From Parcubacteria group bacterium (GTDB lineage Bacteria; Patescibacteriota; Minisyncoccia; Moranbacterales; UBA9337), in the NCBI GenBank assembly GCA_041662245.1, contig JBAZSW010000006.1, forward strand, positions 10,442 through 74,441: a stretch of 64,000 bases of DNA, written 5' to 3'. This document shows, in pieces, positions 39,150-48,640 of this stretch (the stretch's first letter is position 1; every line of letters begins with the position of its first letter). The position numbers and the translations under genes are program-made. The notes beneath the pieces were generated by a model. It was given only the letters and a program-made list of their open reading frames with translations. It was not told the origin of the DNA and made no database searches.

Positions 39150-41003
39150 TTATCTTTTACCTGTAGTAAAATTAATGTCTTCCAAGGTAAACTCATCCTT
39201 ACCCGTGATCATAATATCCTGATTTATTTTTAAGTCCTCTTTGTTTTGATTAACTTCTGGGGTTATTCCTATTTGAAATTTAACCTCTTTGGGATTATTC
39301 AAAAATCCCCTTCCATTTTCCAATGTTCCCACATTCCAAATTACCTCGTGAGTTCTTTCATTAAAAGAGATATCTTCACCCTGAGGAAAGACAACTCCTT
39401 TCCATTTTGCCCAAGTAGGAATAGTAGAATAAACTTTAATACCACTAACTGTATTAGAAACATTGGTTATTTTTAAATCAATAGCATAAGTTGTTTCTTG
39501 ACCCACCTCCACAGGATTTGGTCCAGAATTTTTTATGTCATTATCATTAAAGTTAACCTCTCTTGTTAGGGCCACCTTGGAATTTAATTTAACAAAAACC
39601 GTATTGCTAATATTCTTACTACTTCCCAATGAATGATAAGCGATATCAGAACTATCAATACTAGCCATTGCTTCAATGGCATAATTTTTATCATCAGCGC
39701 TTTTTATATCTAAACTATTTTTTACAGGAAGCACCACTATAAACTGTCCACTATCTCCCGGTTCTAATTTTTTTAAGTCTTTAGAATCGGCCACTTTCCA
39801 AGTAAAATCTTTGTTGGTACTATCATAAGCTCCTCCGTTAAGATTTACATGAGCATAATCAATTATAGGACTATCCAACTTTAATTTGACAATAACATCT
39901 TTTAACCCAATATCTCCTCGGTTGGAATAAGTAATGACATAAGTTAGTCTGTCTCCCAAATTAACATTGACCGAATTTTTTTCATTTACCTTTAAGTCAA
40001 TCGCTAGGGGTGGCATAACAACTTTTGTTGTGGCTTCCGATTTTCCATAGACAATCTCTTTCTCGTTATTTTCATTCTTGTAGATACTCGCCCTTATTAA
40101 TTTAATATCATATTGTTGCCCATTTATCTTACTTTTTATTTTTATAGAACCCCTTGCTCCTATGCTTAGATTTCCCAGATACCAATTGTTATCCCCCTCC
40201 ACTGGCTTAGGTACAGCTTCTTGAAAAATCAATCCATCTGGATATTCCAATTTAAGATTCAAATTATTCAAGGCTACTCCACCTTTATTTTCATAACTAA
40301 CCGTGTACTCAATTGTAGATTCATCTATGGCTTCCTTGGGAGTTTCTATTCCCAAAAATACTGGCGAACTAGTTACTTTTACACCCAATTGAGAAGTTGC
40401 GACAAAAAAACTATTAAAATTTTGAGCCTTATATTTTAATGTTGGTTGCAAATAAACCATAAAATTTTCTGCTGCATAAAATTTTCCCGTAACCTCAATT
40501 TCTCCATTACCAAAAGCCTTTATTTCTCCTAAATTCACCCGTACATTTCTATCATTATCTATTTCTATTTTATCATTTTTTTCTGGATAAAAATTTTCAG
40601 AATGATTTAATACTATTTCAACATTGCTCAATGAAACTCTATTTTTATTTTCATATTTAATAGTATAAGTAGCATCTTTAACACTGTTAACCACTTCGGG
40701 ACCCTCTACTTTAACCGTTACTCTATTTTCTGAAAAAGCCGTTTCTTTAAAATTAACTATCGCCACATAACCCAGGGAAAGTATTCCAATAGAACCGAGA
40801 GCAATCGCTCCAACATAAACCGCCCACCTTTTTTCATTAGTCAGCCATTCTTCATAAAAATTTTCCCACCAAGTTTTTTTTTCTTTAAAGCTATCTCCTG
40901 CCATTTTCGCCTCATCTAAATCGAACTCACTTCCCGAATGACCTCTTTTCTCAATTTCTGAATCAGGCTTATAAAGTTTTTCTTCTGTATTTTTCAGTGA
41001 CAT
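39150..41003 (-). CDS. Single-TM surface protein with Ig-like (DUF11-type) repeats
   Basis: Repeated TYxIxYxN and WxLGxL beta motifs. Confidence 0.75.
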   Translation of the reverse strand: MSLKNTEEKLYKPDSEIEKRGHSGSEFDLDEAKMAGDSFKEKKTWWENFYEEWLTNEKRWAVYVGAIALGSIGILSLGYVAIVNFKETAFSENRVTVKVEGPEVVNSVKDATYTIKYENKNRVSLSNVEIVLNHSENFYPEKNDKIEIDNDRNVRVNLGEIKAFGNGEIEVTGKFYAAENFMVYLQPTLKYKAQNFNSFFVATSQLGVKVTSSPVFLGIETPKEAIDESTIEYTVSYENKGGVALNNLNLKLEYPDGLIFQEAVPKPVEGDNNWYLGNLSIGARGSIKIKSKINGQQYDIKLIRASIYKNENNEKEIVYGKSEATTKVVMPPLAIDLKVNEKNSVNVNLGDRLTYVITYSNRGDIGLKDVIVKLKLDSPIIDYAHVNLNGGAYDSTNKDFTWKVADSKDLKKLEPGDSGQFIVVLPVKNSLDIKSADDKNYAIEAMASIDSSDIAYHSLGSSKNISNTVFVKLNSKVALTREVNFNDNDIKNSGPNPVEVGQETTYAIDLKITNVSNTVSGIKVYSTIPTWAKWKGVVFPQGEDISFNERTHEVIWNVGTLENGRGFLNNPKEVKFQIGITPEVNQNKEDLKINQDIMITGKDEFTLEDINFTTGKR

Positions 41004-41094
41004 ATTTTAATAACAAAAAATAACACCAACCTATTTGTTTTTATTTTGTATTTAGATTTTATATATAGTTAGATTTTACCAAAAAAACCAACAA

Positions 41095-41811
41095 TTAACA
41101 AATCCATTTTATAAACATTCGTGATATGTGACTTAATTCTTTGGATTCTCTAGCGCTTATTTTTAGCTTAACTAAATTACTGATTTTATTTTGAAAAAAA
41201 ATCCTAATAATCTTTATAGAGTTATTACTGATAGGAAGAATGTTGGCACCTTCCTTGGCGCAATCCCCGCAAACTGCTCCACCTAAATTATATTCAAAGA
41301 AATTTCTGCTTCGGGATAATTTTTTTTCACATTTTACACATTTATTTAATTCTATTTTGTAACCTAGACAATCCAACAGCTTGAATACAAATCCTTGAGT
41401 AATGAGATTTTTTTGAATTTCATCTAGACTATCACTGATTTTGTCCAAAGCCTCCAAATAATCTACAAACAGGAAAAAAATGTCCGCGTCCTTTTCTTGA
41501 TCATTTATCAAGCGATTAAACGCTTTGGCCACCTTAAAAACTTTTTCTAACGAATCAAAATCATTGCGAATTTTCTTAAAATTATTTTCTACAATAGAGC
41601 TAGAAATATTTCCCATTCCCCTATTTCTCATTATAGTCAAATCTACCAAATAATAATTCTCCAAATGTCCGGCCAACTTAGATTTAGATTTTCGCACTCC
41701 TCTAGCAATCGCAGAAATTTTACCTTGCTCCAAAGTATAGACATTATAAATTCGATCGGTTTCTCCGATATCTTTTTTATTTAATATTATCCCTGTATAT
41801 TTATATTCCAT
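41095..41811 (-). CDS. recO: DNA repair protein RecO
   Basis: GETDRI..YTLEQGKI..ARGVRK; CxxC...CxxC. Confidence 0.93.
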   Translation of the reverse strand: MEYKYTGIILNKKDIGETDRIYNVYTLEQGKISAIARGVRKSKSKLAGHLENYYLVDLTIMRNRGMGNISSSIVENNFKKIRNDFDSLEKVFKVAKAFNRLINDQEKDADIFFLFVDYLEALDKISDSLDEIQKNLITQGFVFKLLDCLGYKIELNKCVKCEKKLSRSRNFFEYNLGGAVCGDCAKEGANILPISNNSIKIIRIFFQNKISNLVKLKISARESKELSHISRMFIKWIC

Positions 41812-41918
41812 TTTTTATCATTGCTTTAGCTGCCACTCTTTGATTATACCGGCAAATAACCAAATTGTTAAATACAAAAAGGCCTCTGCTCAATATCAGC
41901 AAAAACCTTTTGAATCTC

Positions 41919-42077
41919 TTAATTATTTTTAGGAGACTTTTTCTTGTCTTGAGATACTCCTCCTTTATTTGATTCATTTTCAAGACTTCTGAAAAAAAGT
42001 CCTAAAACAACGCCCAAAAACACTATCCCCAACAAAATGAAAGCAACAACATAAAAAAGAATTAAAATTTTTAACAT
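41919..42077 (-). CDS. 52-aa single-TM protein
   Basis: Hand translation MLKILILFYVVAFILLGIVFLGVVLGLFFRSLENESNKGG...*; SD GAGGTG; immediately after ileS. Confidence 0.6.
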   Translation of the reverse strand: MLKILILFYVVAFILLGIVFLGVVLGLFFRSLENESNKGGVSQDKKKSPKNN

Positions 42078-42093
42078 CCTTTCACCTCTTTGG

Positions 42094-45000
42094 CTATCTT
42101 TTTATAGTAATGACAATTTTTTCTCCATCAATTACAAATTCTTTTTCTAAATCTACTTTCGGGGATTTATTTTCCCTAGAAAGAACTTCGTCGGCCAATG
42201 TTTCTTTGGCAATAATATTTCTTAAATTTTCATCACCAAAAACCTCATTTGCCCCATCATACCATACCTTTATGCGATTGTCGACTTCATAGCCTGCTTG
42301 CTTACGCATTTCTTGTATAAAACGAATAATTTCTCGCGCTTGTCCTTCGAGTTTTAATTCGGGAGTAATTTCTGTATCTAGCTCAATAGCTAAGACATCA
42401 GCTGTTGGCTTATTTGTTTTGCCAGACAAAACATCCTTCATATTCGTTGTTTTAATAATAGCTTTGTGTTCTACTTTATCACCCTCATTTTTCCCAACAA
42501 CATAAGCTATATTTTTAACATTAACTTCTTCTTTTATTATTTCCAAGAGCTCTTCACTTAATCCACAATTCTTGATTCTTAATTCACCCAAAGGTTGTCT
42601 GACTTTTATCCCGCTCTTGGCTCGAAGCTGTAATCCAATGTTTACAATCTCCCGCACCGCTTGCATATCCAAATTTATTTTTTCATCAATCAAACCCTCA
42701 TCTGCCACCGGAAAATCAGCCAAATGCACCGACAATAAGGCCTCCTCCCCTCCCTGAGGGGAGGATTGAGAAGGGGTGGAAATTAAATTTCTAAATATTT
42801 CTTCACTCACAAACGGTGTAAACGGTGCCATCACCTTGGAAAGCTCTACTAAAACATAATACAAAGTCTGATAGGCTTCATTTTTATCACCATCGTTTTC
42901 ACTTTTCCAAAATCTCTTTCGACTGCGACGAATATACCAGTTGGACAGATTATCGACAAATTTTGGCAAAAGCCTCGCGGCTTTATGCAACTCATAATTT
43001 TCCATATGCAGATTAAATTCTCTAATCAACATATGCAATTCTGAAATAAGCCATTTGTCCAATAGGCCATTTAATTTTTGCGGATTAAAATTTTTATCCG
43101 CTTCAAACTTATCAATCTCAGCGTAAAGCACAAAAAAAGAATAGCTGTTCCAAAGCATTCGCATCATTCCACGAGTGATTTCCCCCACTTCATTCTCGAT
43201 AAAATTCATATTTTGAGCCGCCACCACAGGAGAACTCATCAAATAATAACGCACACTATCTGCTCCGTATTTCTCAAACATTTCCATCGGATCAGGATAA
43301 TTTTTTAGTTTCTTAGCCATTTTCTTTCCGTCCTCGGCTAATACGATTCCATTTACTATCACATTTTTAAAAGCGTTGCTATCTTTTATCCCGCTGGCAA
43401 TTACATGCTGATAATAAAACCAAGCTCTGGTCTGATCTATTCCTTCAGCGATAAAATCAGCTGGAAAACTTTCTTCAAATCTATCTTTATTTTCAAATGG
43501 ATAATGTTTTTGAGCATAAGGCATCGAACCACTGTCAAACCAAGTGTCTAGCACATCTGGCACTCTTTTCATTTCTCCTTTACACTTTTCACACTTGAAA
43601 ATAATTTTATCAACCACATGTTTGTGTAGATCATTAATTTTTTCTCCACTAATTTTTTCAAGTTCTGCGATAGAACCGAAAACTTTTTTTTCTCCACACT
43701 CTTCACATACCCAAATCGGCATTACACTAGCCCAAAAACGTTGACGACTGATAGACCAATCTCTCGCCCCCTCCAACCAATTACCAAAACGTCCTTCTTT
43801 TATATTAGCCGGAGACCAATTGATATTTTTGGCTAGCTTTAACATCTTATCTTTTATTTTCGTTACTGCTACAAACCATGAACTCGTCGCATAATTTATC
43901 AATGGAGTATCACAACGCCAACAATGCGGATAGCTGTGCTCAAATTTTTCTTTATGAAACAAATTTCCATTTTTCGCTAGATATTTAATAATTTCTACGT
44001 CAGTAGCTTGTGGGTTTTCAATCGGCTTTACATTCAACCCTGCTAACTCTCCCATCTCATCCTTAAAACTTCCATCCATTGCCACATGTTGTATAAAGGG
44101 AAGCTTTTTTTCTTTCCCTAATTTCATATCATCTTCACCAAAAGCCGGTGCAATGTGAACCACTCCCGTTCCTTCATCTGTTGTCACAAAATCACCAGCA
44201 TAAATTTTCCAACCATTTTCCCTATTTTCCAAGTTTTCATCTTTACTATAAAAATCAAAAAGCGGTTTGTATTTTTTACCAACTAAATCTTTACCCTTAA
44301 ATTCTTCAATAATTTTATATTCACTATCCTTAAAAACATCTGTCAATCTATCCTTAGCTAAAATAAATCTCACTAGCTTACCCACACCCTCATCTTTCTT
44401 TTCTATTTTTACATAATTAATATTTTCACCAACTGCAAGTGCCACGTTTCCTGGTAAAGTCCAAGGTGTTGTCGTCCAAGCTAAAATAGAGGTCTTGACC
44501 TCCCCTCCTCCCTGAGGAGGGGATTGAGGAGTGGTGTCTTCGCCATTGTCAGAAATAAATTCAAACTCTGCGATCACACTCAAATCCTTCACATCCTTAT
44601 ATCCTTCGGAAACTTCTTGCTGCGAAAGCGTGGTTTCACAACGCGGACAAATATGCATAGAGCGATAATCTTGGTAAATTAAATCCTTATCCCATAATTC
44701 TTTAAAAACCCACCAAACACTCTCCATGTAATCTTTATCCATAGTGCGATAAGCATTTTTCATATCTGCCCAGCGTCCCAACCTTGGAATAAGTCGCTCC
44801 CATTCATCTACATATGCCAAAACTTTGCTACGACAAAGTTCATTAAATTTTTCTACACCCATCACTTCAATATCTTTTTTCTTCTTGCTTCCCAATTCTT
44901 TTTCTACAATGTTTTCAATTGGCAAACCATGACAATCCCAACCCCATTTACGCTGCACATAGAACCCACGCATCGTCCAATATCTCGGCACTACATCTTT

Positions 45001-45192
45001 CAAAAGACTCCCCACGATATGTCCATAATGAGGAGTGCCTGTCGCGAAAGGAGGTCCATCATAAAAAGTATATTCTTTGGCACCTTTGCGATTTTCCATT
45101 GATTTTTCAAATATTTTATTTTCATTCCAAAAATCGATGATATTTTTTTCCATCTCCGGAAACTTTTGATTTGATTCAACTTTCTTAAACAT
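42094..45192 (-). CDS. ileS: Isoleucyl-tRNA synthetase (type 2)
   Basis: DGPPFATGTPHYGH, WTTTPWTL, DWSISRQR, KMAKK; upstream Ile T-box. Confidence 0.97.
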   Translation of the reverse strand: MFKKVESNQKFPEMEKNIIDFWNENKIFEKSMENRKGAKEYTFYDGPPFATGTPHYGHIVGSLLKDVVPRYWTMRGFYVQRKWGWDCHGLPIENIVEKELGSKKKKDIEVMGVEKFNELCRSKVLAYVDEWERLIPRLGRWADMKNAYRTMDKDYMESVWWVFKELWDKDLIYQDYRSMHICPRCETTLSQQEVSEGYKDVKDLSVIAEFEFISDNGEDTTPQSPPQGGGEVKTSILAWTTTPWTLPGNVALAVGENINYVKIEKKDEGVGKLVRFILAKDRLTDVFKDSEYKIIEEFKGKDLVGKKYKPLFDFYSKDENLENRENGWKIYAGDFVTTDEGTGVVHIAPAFGEDDMKLGKEKKLPFIQHVAMDGSFKDEMGELAGLNVKPIENPQATDVEIIKYLAKNGNLFHKEKFEHSYPHCWRCDTPLINYATSSWFVAVTKIKDKMLKLAKNINWSPANIKEGRFGNWLEGARDWSISRQRFWASVMPIWVCEECGEKKVFGSIAELEKISGEKINDLHKHVVDKIIFKCEKCKGEMKRVPDVLDTWFDSGSMPYAQKHYPFENKDRFEESFPADFIAEGIDQTRAWFYYQHVIASGIKDSNAFKNVIVNGIVLAEDGKKMAKKLKNYPDPMEMFEKYGADSVRYYLMSSPVVAAQNMNFIENEVGEITRGMMRMLWNSYSFFVLYAEIDKFEADKNFNPQKLNGLLDKWLISELHMLIREFNLHMENYELHKAARLLPKFVDNLSNWYIRRSRKRFWKSENDGDKNEAYQTLYYVLVELSKVMAPFTPFVSEEIFRNLISTPSQSSPQGGEEALLSVHLADFPVADEGLIDEKINLDMQAVREIVNIGLQLRAKSGIKVRQPLGELRIKNCGLSEELLEIIKEEVNVKNIAYVVGKNEGDKVEHKAIIKTTNMKDVLSGKTNKPTADVLAIELDTEITPELKLEGQAREIIRFIQEMRKQAGYEVDNRIKVWYDGANEVFGDENLRNIIAKETLADEVLSRENKSPKVDLEKEFVIDGEKIVITIKR
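42741..42777. repeat. GC-rich palindromic element within ileS (copy 1)
   Basis: Hairpin TCCTCCCCTC-cct-GAGGGGAGGA, encodes TPSQSSPQGGEE. Confidence 0.85.
44499..44535. repeat. GC-rich palindromic element within ileS (copy 2)
   Basis: Hairpin TCCCCTCCTC-cct-GAGGAGGGGA, encodes TTPQSPPQGGGE; 31/37 identical to copy 1. Confidence 0.85.
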
Positions 45193-45248
45193 ATATTTTA
45201 TATATTTTATAAAACTTTAAATTATTAAATTATTAGCTTATTACCTTT

Positions 45249-45286
45249 TTGCATTTTACTGCTACGCTTTGAAGTGTGGAAGTAAA
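45249..45286. repeat. 38-bp palindromic direct repeat, left copy
   Basis: TTGCATTTTACTGCTACGCTTTGAAGTGTGGAAGTAAA. Confidence 0.95.
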
Positions 45287-45293
45287 TGACTAT

Positions 45294-45839
45294 TTAAAAA
45301 TATTTAGTCATTCTCTTCAATTTCTTATATAGATCTGTTTTTTCTTTCATCTTATTCATTTGCTCCACAACCTTTCTAATTTCCTCCCTTTGCTTTTTGT
45401 TGGAGTTCTTTATAATATTCTCCAAAACAATTTCCGGCCAATAATACATGGGATATTTTTTCTTTATATTGCTAAAATTTCTTTTAAAATAATCGTCTTC
45501 TTTTACAATATCTTTGCCCTTAGTAATCTCCACTGCTTTGCGATAGCCTTCTCCTGAAATATTTAGCCACTCTCGTACTCTAGCAATTGTTCCATCTCCT
45601 ACCTTTAATTCATCTTTTATTTCCTCATAAGAAAACCCATCCAATATCATTTCTGCAATTTTTAATCTTTTGGAAATCATTTTTACTTCATTGACAGTAA
45701 GTAAGTCACTTAAAAAACCTGCTATTTCTTCTGGCTTTTTTATTTTAGACACAGCCAAACATAGCTTATAAAACATCTTTCCCAAGTCTTTCTTATTCAC
45801 ACTCTCTTTTTTACTTGTATTCTCTTTTAATTTATCCAT
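45294..45839 (-). CDS. TrpR-like YerC/YecD protein with C-terminal extension
   Basis: FLSDLLTVNEVKMISKRLKIAEMI...SYEEI...TIARV...GEGY. Confidence 0.88.
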   Translation of the reverse strand: MDKLKENTSKKESVNKKDLGKMFYKLCLAVSKIKKPEEIAGFLSDLLTVNEVKMISKRLKIAEMILDGFSYEEIKDELKVGDGTIARVREWLNISGEGYRKAVEITKGKDIVKEDDYFKRNFSNIKKKYPMYYWPEIVLENIIKNSNKKQREEIRKVVEQMNKMKEKTDLYKKLKRMTKYF

Positions 45840-45849
45840 AAAAATAAAA

Positions 45850-45887
45850 TTGCATTTTACTGCTACGCTTTGAAGTGTGGAAGTAAA
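45850..45887. repeat. 38-bp palindromic direct repeat, right copy
   Basis: Identical to 45249-45286. Confidence 0.95.
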
Positions 45888-45920
45888 ATAGTTTTTTTAA
45901 TTTTATAATTTTCGTAGCAT

Positions 45921-46178
45921 AAAAAAACAAAAAATCCCTACGCAAAAATTGCATAAGGACGAATAAATCGTGGTACCACCTTAGTTTAGCTTGTAGTTTT
46001 TAGATTTTTAGTTTGTAGTAAAAAATACTACTATCTAAAAAGTTAATCGCTACCAGCTCTTAATTTCAGCTATTACGGGCTTACCCGATAAGGTCTACTC
46101 ATCAAAAAGACTTTCTTCTTATATTCTCTCGCTTATTAGGCGAATTCAAATGGTGATAGCCACCCTACTGGAGAATTT
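45921..46178 (-). promoter_or_regulatory. T-box riboswitch (Ile) with ultrashort Stem I and intrinsic terminator
   Basis: T-box AAGGTGGTACCACG (45969-45982), antiterminator/terminator, AGTA Stem II, CGGG-TAAG-CCCG Stem IIA/B, AUC specifier at 46155-46157; promoter TTGCCA-17-TAATAT at 46193-46221. Confidence 0.9.
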
Positions 46179-46228
46179 TAATTGACAAGTTTATATTACA
46201 TTAAAAATATTTTTTTGGCAATAATTTT

Positions 46229-46774
46229 TTATAATTCACTAAATAAAATATTTTTCTTGTCTTTTTCAGAAATAATTGGAATTTCAATCCCATTTTTAGA
46301 TAATTGCCAATCAATATTCAAATCTTTGTCATCCCACATTATGCCTACTTCTAAAGTAGGGTTATAAAAATTGGTGCACTTATAACTAAAAATAGTGCCG
46401 TCTTCCAAAGAAAGAAATCCGTGTGCCAATCCCGGAGATATCCAAAATTGTTTTTTGTTTTCTCCTGATAATTCTATTGAAAAATATTCTCCGAATGTTG
46501 GAGAATCTTTACGAATATCCACAGCCACATCTAAAACTTTCCCTTGTATTACCTGTACTAACTTTCCCTGAGCAAAAGGCTCCTTTTGAAAATGCAAACC
46601 ACGTAATACTCCCTTGGCCGAAGAAGAAAGATTATCTTGCACAAAATCAAACTCGATTCCTGCCTCCTTATATCTTTGAGTATTATAAGTCTCGACAAAA
46701 AAACCTCTTTCATCTCCAAAAATCTTTGGTTCGATAACTAACACTCCTTCTATTTTTGTTTTTATAATATTCAT
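46229..46774 (-). CDS. rfbC: dTDP-4-dehydrorhamnose 3,5-epimerase
   Basis: FGDERGFF, VQDN, VLRGLHFQ, DVAVDIR, AHGF. Confidence 0.96.
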   Translation of the reverse strand: MNIIKTKIEGVLVIEPKIFGDERGFFVETYNTQRYKEAGIEFDFVQDNLSSSAKGVLRGLHFQKEPFAQGKLVQVIQGKVLDVAVDIRKDSPTFGEYFSIELSGENKKQFWISPGLAHGFLSLEDGTIFSYKCTNFYNPTLEVGIMWDDKDLNIDWQLSKNGIEIPIISEKDKKNILFSEL

Positions 46775-46893
46775 ATTTATTTTTCAAAACCCAAAAGATA
46801 AGCAATTATTTAAATTTTAAAAAAAATTATTTTATTTTTTATATCAATCTTATTTTAGACAAAATTCAAGGGAATCTACATTAAGATTCCCCC

Positions 46894-47172
46894 TTAATCC
46901 AATTGGCAAACTGTCGGAGCTTTGCCCCTAACGAACATAATGTAAAATCTATCATCTGGCATATTCCATTTCAACATTTTTTCTTTGCTTAAACCAAGAT
47001 TTTTGGCAGAGATAATAAGATTTCCATTTTTACCTGCTTTATCCCGACAGATACTAATAAACCTTTTGGCCTCATCTTCCGCTCCCTTAAATCCACATTG
47101 TTTAATTAGCCTTTTAACAGCATGATTTGAAGCCGCCCCAGAAACTTTAAGAAGCTTCCCTCCTTTTGCCAT
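46894..47172 (-). CDS. Hypothetical protein
   Basis: 92 aa, SD AGGAGG. Confidence 0.65.
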   Translation of the reverse strand: MAKGGKLLKVSGAASNHAVKRLIKQCGFKGAEDEAKRFISICRDKAGKNGNLIISAKNLGLSKEKMLKWNMPDDRFYIMFVRGKAPTVCQLD

Positions 47173-47187
47173 TTTGTCCTCCTTTGT

Positions 47188-48414
47188 CTAAAAAACTATT
47201 TTAACAAAATTTATCTTTCCAACTTTAAGTATTTTTCCATTAAATTTATCCTTTGTCAATATTTCCGTTCCCACTGAAATTTTTTCACCCTCAATTGAAA
47301 CACCCCCCTGTTCAATTTTTCGTCTAGCATCACCCCTGCTGTTAGCTAAACCACAAGAAACCATAAAATCTATAACATTTTCTTCCGCTTCATAGGCGTC
47401 TACCCATTTTGGAGTACACTCGCGTACATCAGTTGGAATTTCTTTTTTTGAAAAAGTATTTGAAAAATATTCCTGAGATTTATCTGCCTCAGTTTCACCA
47501 TGATAAATTTTTACGATTTCCCAAGCTAATCGCATTTTGGCATCACGTGGATTTTCTAATTTCATCAACTCTTCAATTTCTACTAAAGAAATTCGGGTAC
47601 ATCCGATAGCCAAAGGTTTAATCATTCCATCAGATTGCGACATTATCGCTCCATAAAGATTATTGGCATCCAAATCCAAGAACACTCCCGTTCCATTAGA
47701 TTTTGACATCAACATCCCTGTCTTCTCATCTGCGATTAATTTAGTTGCAATGACAAATTTTTCTTTATTTTTTAATTTTTGCATTAAAGTCCTACCCGCT
47801 AGCGCATTAAATATCTGATCTGTCCCGCAAAGCTCCACATCCACATCCAGTACGACACTGTCATAACCTTGCATCAACGGATACAAGAATTCATGTACAT
47901 AAATTGGTCGCCCTTCTTTCATTCTCTTATCAAACATGTCCCGCTCCAACATTTGTTGAACCGTAAAATTACTAGCTAATTCCAAAACTTCTGCAAAATT
48001 GAGTCTTCTCAACCAATCAGAATTATATTTTATCTGCACCGGATTATTTTCGTCATCAAAGTTAAGTATATTCTTAACTTGCTCTTTCCAATTTTTAAAA
48101 TTTTCCTCCACTCCTTCACGAGTTTGCTTCACTCTCGCCGAAGATTTATCACTCGGATCACCTATCATACCAGTAAAATCGCCAATCAAAAATATAACTT
48201 CATGCCCTAATTTTCTGAAATCTTCCAATACCATTAAATTTTGAGCGTGTCCCAAATGAAGAGCCTTGGCAGTAGCATCTGCTCCAATATAAAAACGCAT
48301 TTTTTCTTCTGTTAACAATTTTTTGCGAAATTCTTCTTTAGTGGGCAAAAATTCTATTAAAACACCTCTTTCTAAAACCTCATCCACCTTTTGCTCTAAT
48401 TCTTTTTTATTCAT
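47188..48414 (-). CDS. tyrS: Tyrosyl-tRNA synthetase
   Basis: HLGH, YPLMQGYD, GTDQ, MSKS, C-terminal S4 domain. Confidence 0.97.
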   Translation of the reverse strand: MNKKELEQKVDEVLERGVLIEFLPTKEEFRKKLLTEEKMRFYIGADATAKALHLGHAQNLMVLEDFRKLGHEVIFLIGDFTGMIGDPSDKSSARVKQTREGVEENFKNWKEQVKNILNFDDENNPVQIKYNSDWLRRLNFAEVLELASNFTVQQMLERDMFDKRMKEGRPIYVHEFLYPLMQGYDSVVLDVDVELCGTDQIFNALAGRTLMQKLKNKEKFVIATKLIADEKTGMLMSKSNGTGVFLDLDANNLYGAIMSQSDGMIKPLAIGCTRISLVEIEELMKLENPRDAKMRLAWEIVKIYHGETEADKSQEYFSNTFSKKEIPTDVRECTPKWVDAYEAEENVIDFMVSCGLANSRGDARRKIEQGGVSIEGEKISVGTEILTKDKFNGKILKVGKINFVKIVF

Positions 48415-48640
48415 ATTTGTTGGAATAAGTCTATAATTTAAGTAATTTTATTGTAACACTAATAAATGTTGATTTCAACATTTATTAAATAATCAATATT
48501 CAATGCTCAATACTCAGTAAATTTGTAATAATCAATTTATCAATAAAAAATGAATATTACGATATTGAGTATCGAATGAATGTTTATTATTGGATATTCA
48601 AAAACCCCTAGCTTTCACTAGAGGTTTCTATCTTTTTAAT

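Noticed and set aside
39137-39196. N-terminal extension of Tgt
   Set aside because: Overlaps the upstream gene; ATG 39136 fits better.
41801-41983. 60-aa ORF between ileS and recO
   Set aside because: Runs through a terminator-like hairpin; the overlapping 52-aa TM ORF with an SD is more credible.
45249-45887. 38-bp repeats as a CRISPR array
   Set aside because: Only two copies, separated by a whole gene; no cas genes in the window.
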